From a virus, in the UHGV virus genome UHGV-1315733: 45,999 nucleotides of DNA; one strand, 5' to 3'. Of the stretch, positions 44,752 through 45,999 are shown in pieces (the stretch's first letter is position 1; each line of letters starts with the position of its first letter). Made by a program: the position numbers and the translations under genes. The notes beneath the pieces were generated by a model. That model saw only the letters and a list, made by a program, of their open reading frames with translations, made no database searches and was not told the DNA's origin.

Positions 44752-44834
44752 TCCCAGTAAATACAAGGGTTTCACAGATTCTAGCATATTAGAATAATTC
44801 TTATAAGTTAGAGGAATTATACGATATTGGAAAA

Positions 44835-44858
44835 CTATGCAACACGAAATGCAACACG
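44835..44858 (+). repeat. 24-bp direct repeat, copy 2
   Basis: Identical to 44618-44641. Confidence 0.55.
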
Positions 44859-44887
44859 GAAATAGAAGAAGATGATGCAATATTAAT

Positions 44888-44921
44888 GCCCCAGAGTCAA
44901 ATACTCCGGGGCATCTTTTTT
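44888..44921. terminator. Hairpin terminator (bidirectional) at the 3' end of the endolysin gene
   Basis: gccccagag-tcaaata-ctccggggc then atctttttt. The T-run overlaps the endolysin stop codon on the other strand. Confidence 0.5.
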
Positions 44922-45990
44922 ACTCAATCCAAGCCTGGAACTTGTCAATGAATCTGTATTTATCTCCTGCATATCCGTCCATGCCACTTGCTTTCAGTGT
45001 ATCGACCTGATCTGCATAGAAGTTCTTGTTGTTCTGTACAGAAACTCTGTAGTGAACCATCTTGTACTTATATCCATCCGGTGTGATGTAATACAACTCA
45101 ATAGCAAGAATCTCTGAACCATCTCCGAGGATTCCATTCTTCTTGTCATTCAGATCATAGCTGTTGCCGAATGTAAGATATGGCAACCAGCCGCTCTTTC
45201 TTGTATATACTCTACAACGGATACTTCCTTTGCTTACTTTAATGGCAAGCCACTTGATCGAAACATCATCTCCTTTGCCAGCCCAGTCGATTTTATTCAC
45301 CACTGGTGGCCACCATCTGTCTGTGAAAGCCTGATATGTAATATCGACCTGTCCTAAGTCTTTCTTCTCTACCGGCTTAGATGGTGCTGACGGTGTTACT
45401 GGTGTAGCACTGCCACCGAACTCCATGTAGCAATAGTTGACATCTACTCTTCCACTGACTCCATCTACCTGTCCATCTGAGGAATACTGCCAAATTGCAT
45501 ACTGACCATTGTATGTATCTTCCGGGAGATTCTTATATCTTGCCATCCACTCAACATACTTTCCACGAACGTTGCCAAGATAGTTGTTGAACCAGCTCAA
45601 TGAAGCGTAGATTCCTGGAGTATATCCAGCTGCCTTGAGTCCTTCGCAGACAATCTCACACGCTTTAGGTGCGTATCCCTGTGTGCCTGGTTCCTCAACA
45701 TCAAGGAAAATAGGTAACTGGAAGGTGTGACCTTTAATCAATCTTAAGATATGAGCAAGCTCGCTCTGTGCCTGTCTGTCACAAGTCGCATAGCTATACA
45801 GATAGACTCCCACCGGAATTCCAAGTCTTTCACACTCTGCAAGGTTTCTCACCCACTGTTTATCGTCCTGTGATGCGATATCATCTCCATATCCGCATCT
45901 AAGGATAGCTCCGGCACAACCTGATGCCTTGACTCTTTCCCAGTTAATGACTCCGTTATGATGGCTAACATCAATGATAAGTTTACTCAT
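44920..45990 (-). CDS. GH25 muramidase endolysin with a C-terminal cell-wall-binding region
   Basis: 'MSKLIIDVSHHNGVINWERVKASG' is the GH25 signature N-terminus. The ATG at 45990 is preferred over the GTG at the window edge. Linker TPVTPSAPSKP. Confidence 0.8.
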   Translation of the reverse strand: MSKLIIDVSHHNGVINWERVKASGCAGAILRCGYGDDIASQDDKQWVRNLAECERLGIPVGVYLYSYATCDRQAQSELAHILRLIKGHTFQLPIFLDVEEPGTQGYAPKACEIVCEGLKAAGYTPGIYASLSWFNNYLGNVRGKYVEWMARYKNLPEDTYNGQYAIWQYSSDGQVDGVSGRVDVNYCYMEFGGSATPVTPSAPSKPVEKKDLGQVDITYQAFTDRWWPPVVNKIDWAGKGDDVSIKWLAIKVSKGSIRCRVYTRKSGWLPYLTFGNSYDLNDKKNGILGDGSEILAIELYYITPDGYKYKMVHYRVSVQNNKNFYADQVDTLKASGMDGYAGDKYRFIDKFQAWIE

Positions 45991-45999
45991 ACCAGCCAC

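Noticed and set aside
45991-45999. GTG at the window edge as the endolysin start (ORF track 44920..45999)
   Set aside because: The ATG at 45990 gives the canonical GH25 N-terminus MSKLIIDVSHHNG. The edge GTG is coincidental, and in the circular reading those bases belong to the end of the upstream small gene.

Overview
The window reads as an essentially complete temperate siphovirus genome from a low-GC Gram-positive (Firmicutes-type) host. Almost every gene is on the minus strand. Reading the minus strand from high to low coordinates gives a lambdoid layout.

- Cro-like/cI-like switch (40.3-41.1 kb) with an ImmA-like gene and lysogeny-expressed membrane proteins.
- Early region (27.4-40.3 kb): SSAP, NinB/Orf-like protein, Hjc-like resolvase, replisome organizer carrying internal iterons, three DUF551 paralogs, YopX, a PAPS-reductase-like PP-loop enzyme, and a nucleotidyl-cyclase-like moron with its own promoter and terminator.
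- Packaging (TerS, TerL, SPP1-type portal; 22.9-26.0 kb).
- An accessory island inside the head module (19.9-22.9 kb) with two tRNAs plus a degenerate tRNA, a tandem DUF2829 (Tad2-like) protein and a DUF4406 protein.
- Head genes (gp7-like, scaffold, major capsid, connectors), then tail genes (major tail protein, chaperone pair, tape measure protein, a 1678-aa repeat-rich tail protein).
- A small receptor-binding-type protein whose C-terminal domain sits in a multi-cassette shufflon served by a tyrosine recombinase (0.87-4.05 kb).
- XhlA/holin lysis genes at the left edge.

On the plus strand at the right end lie a tyrosine integrase, an attP-like site (two 24-bp arm repeats flanking a tRNA 3' fragment, then a terminator) and a GH25 endolysin. 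The partial ORF at the left edge continues in frame across the end-to-start junction and stops at the endolysin start (ATGAGTAA overlap). That fits a circularly closed contig, but it is an inference.

The most interesting element is the RBP-domain shufflon (five strong and one degenerate 'AAATAGCAA' sites, each defining a promoterless cassette that begins 'NS' in frame). This is read directly from the sequence. Nothing was searched against databases; all family names come from recognisable motifs.
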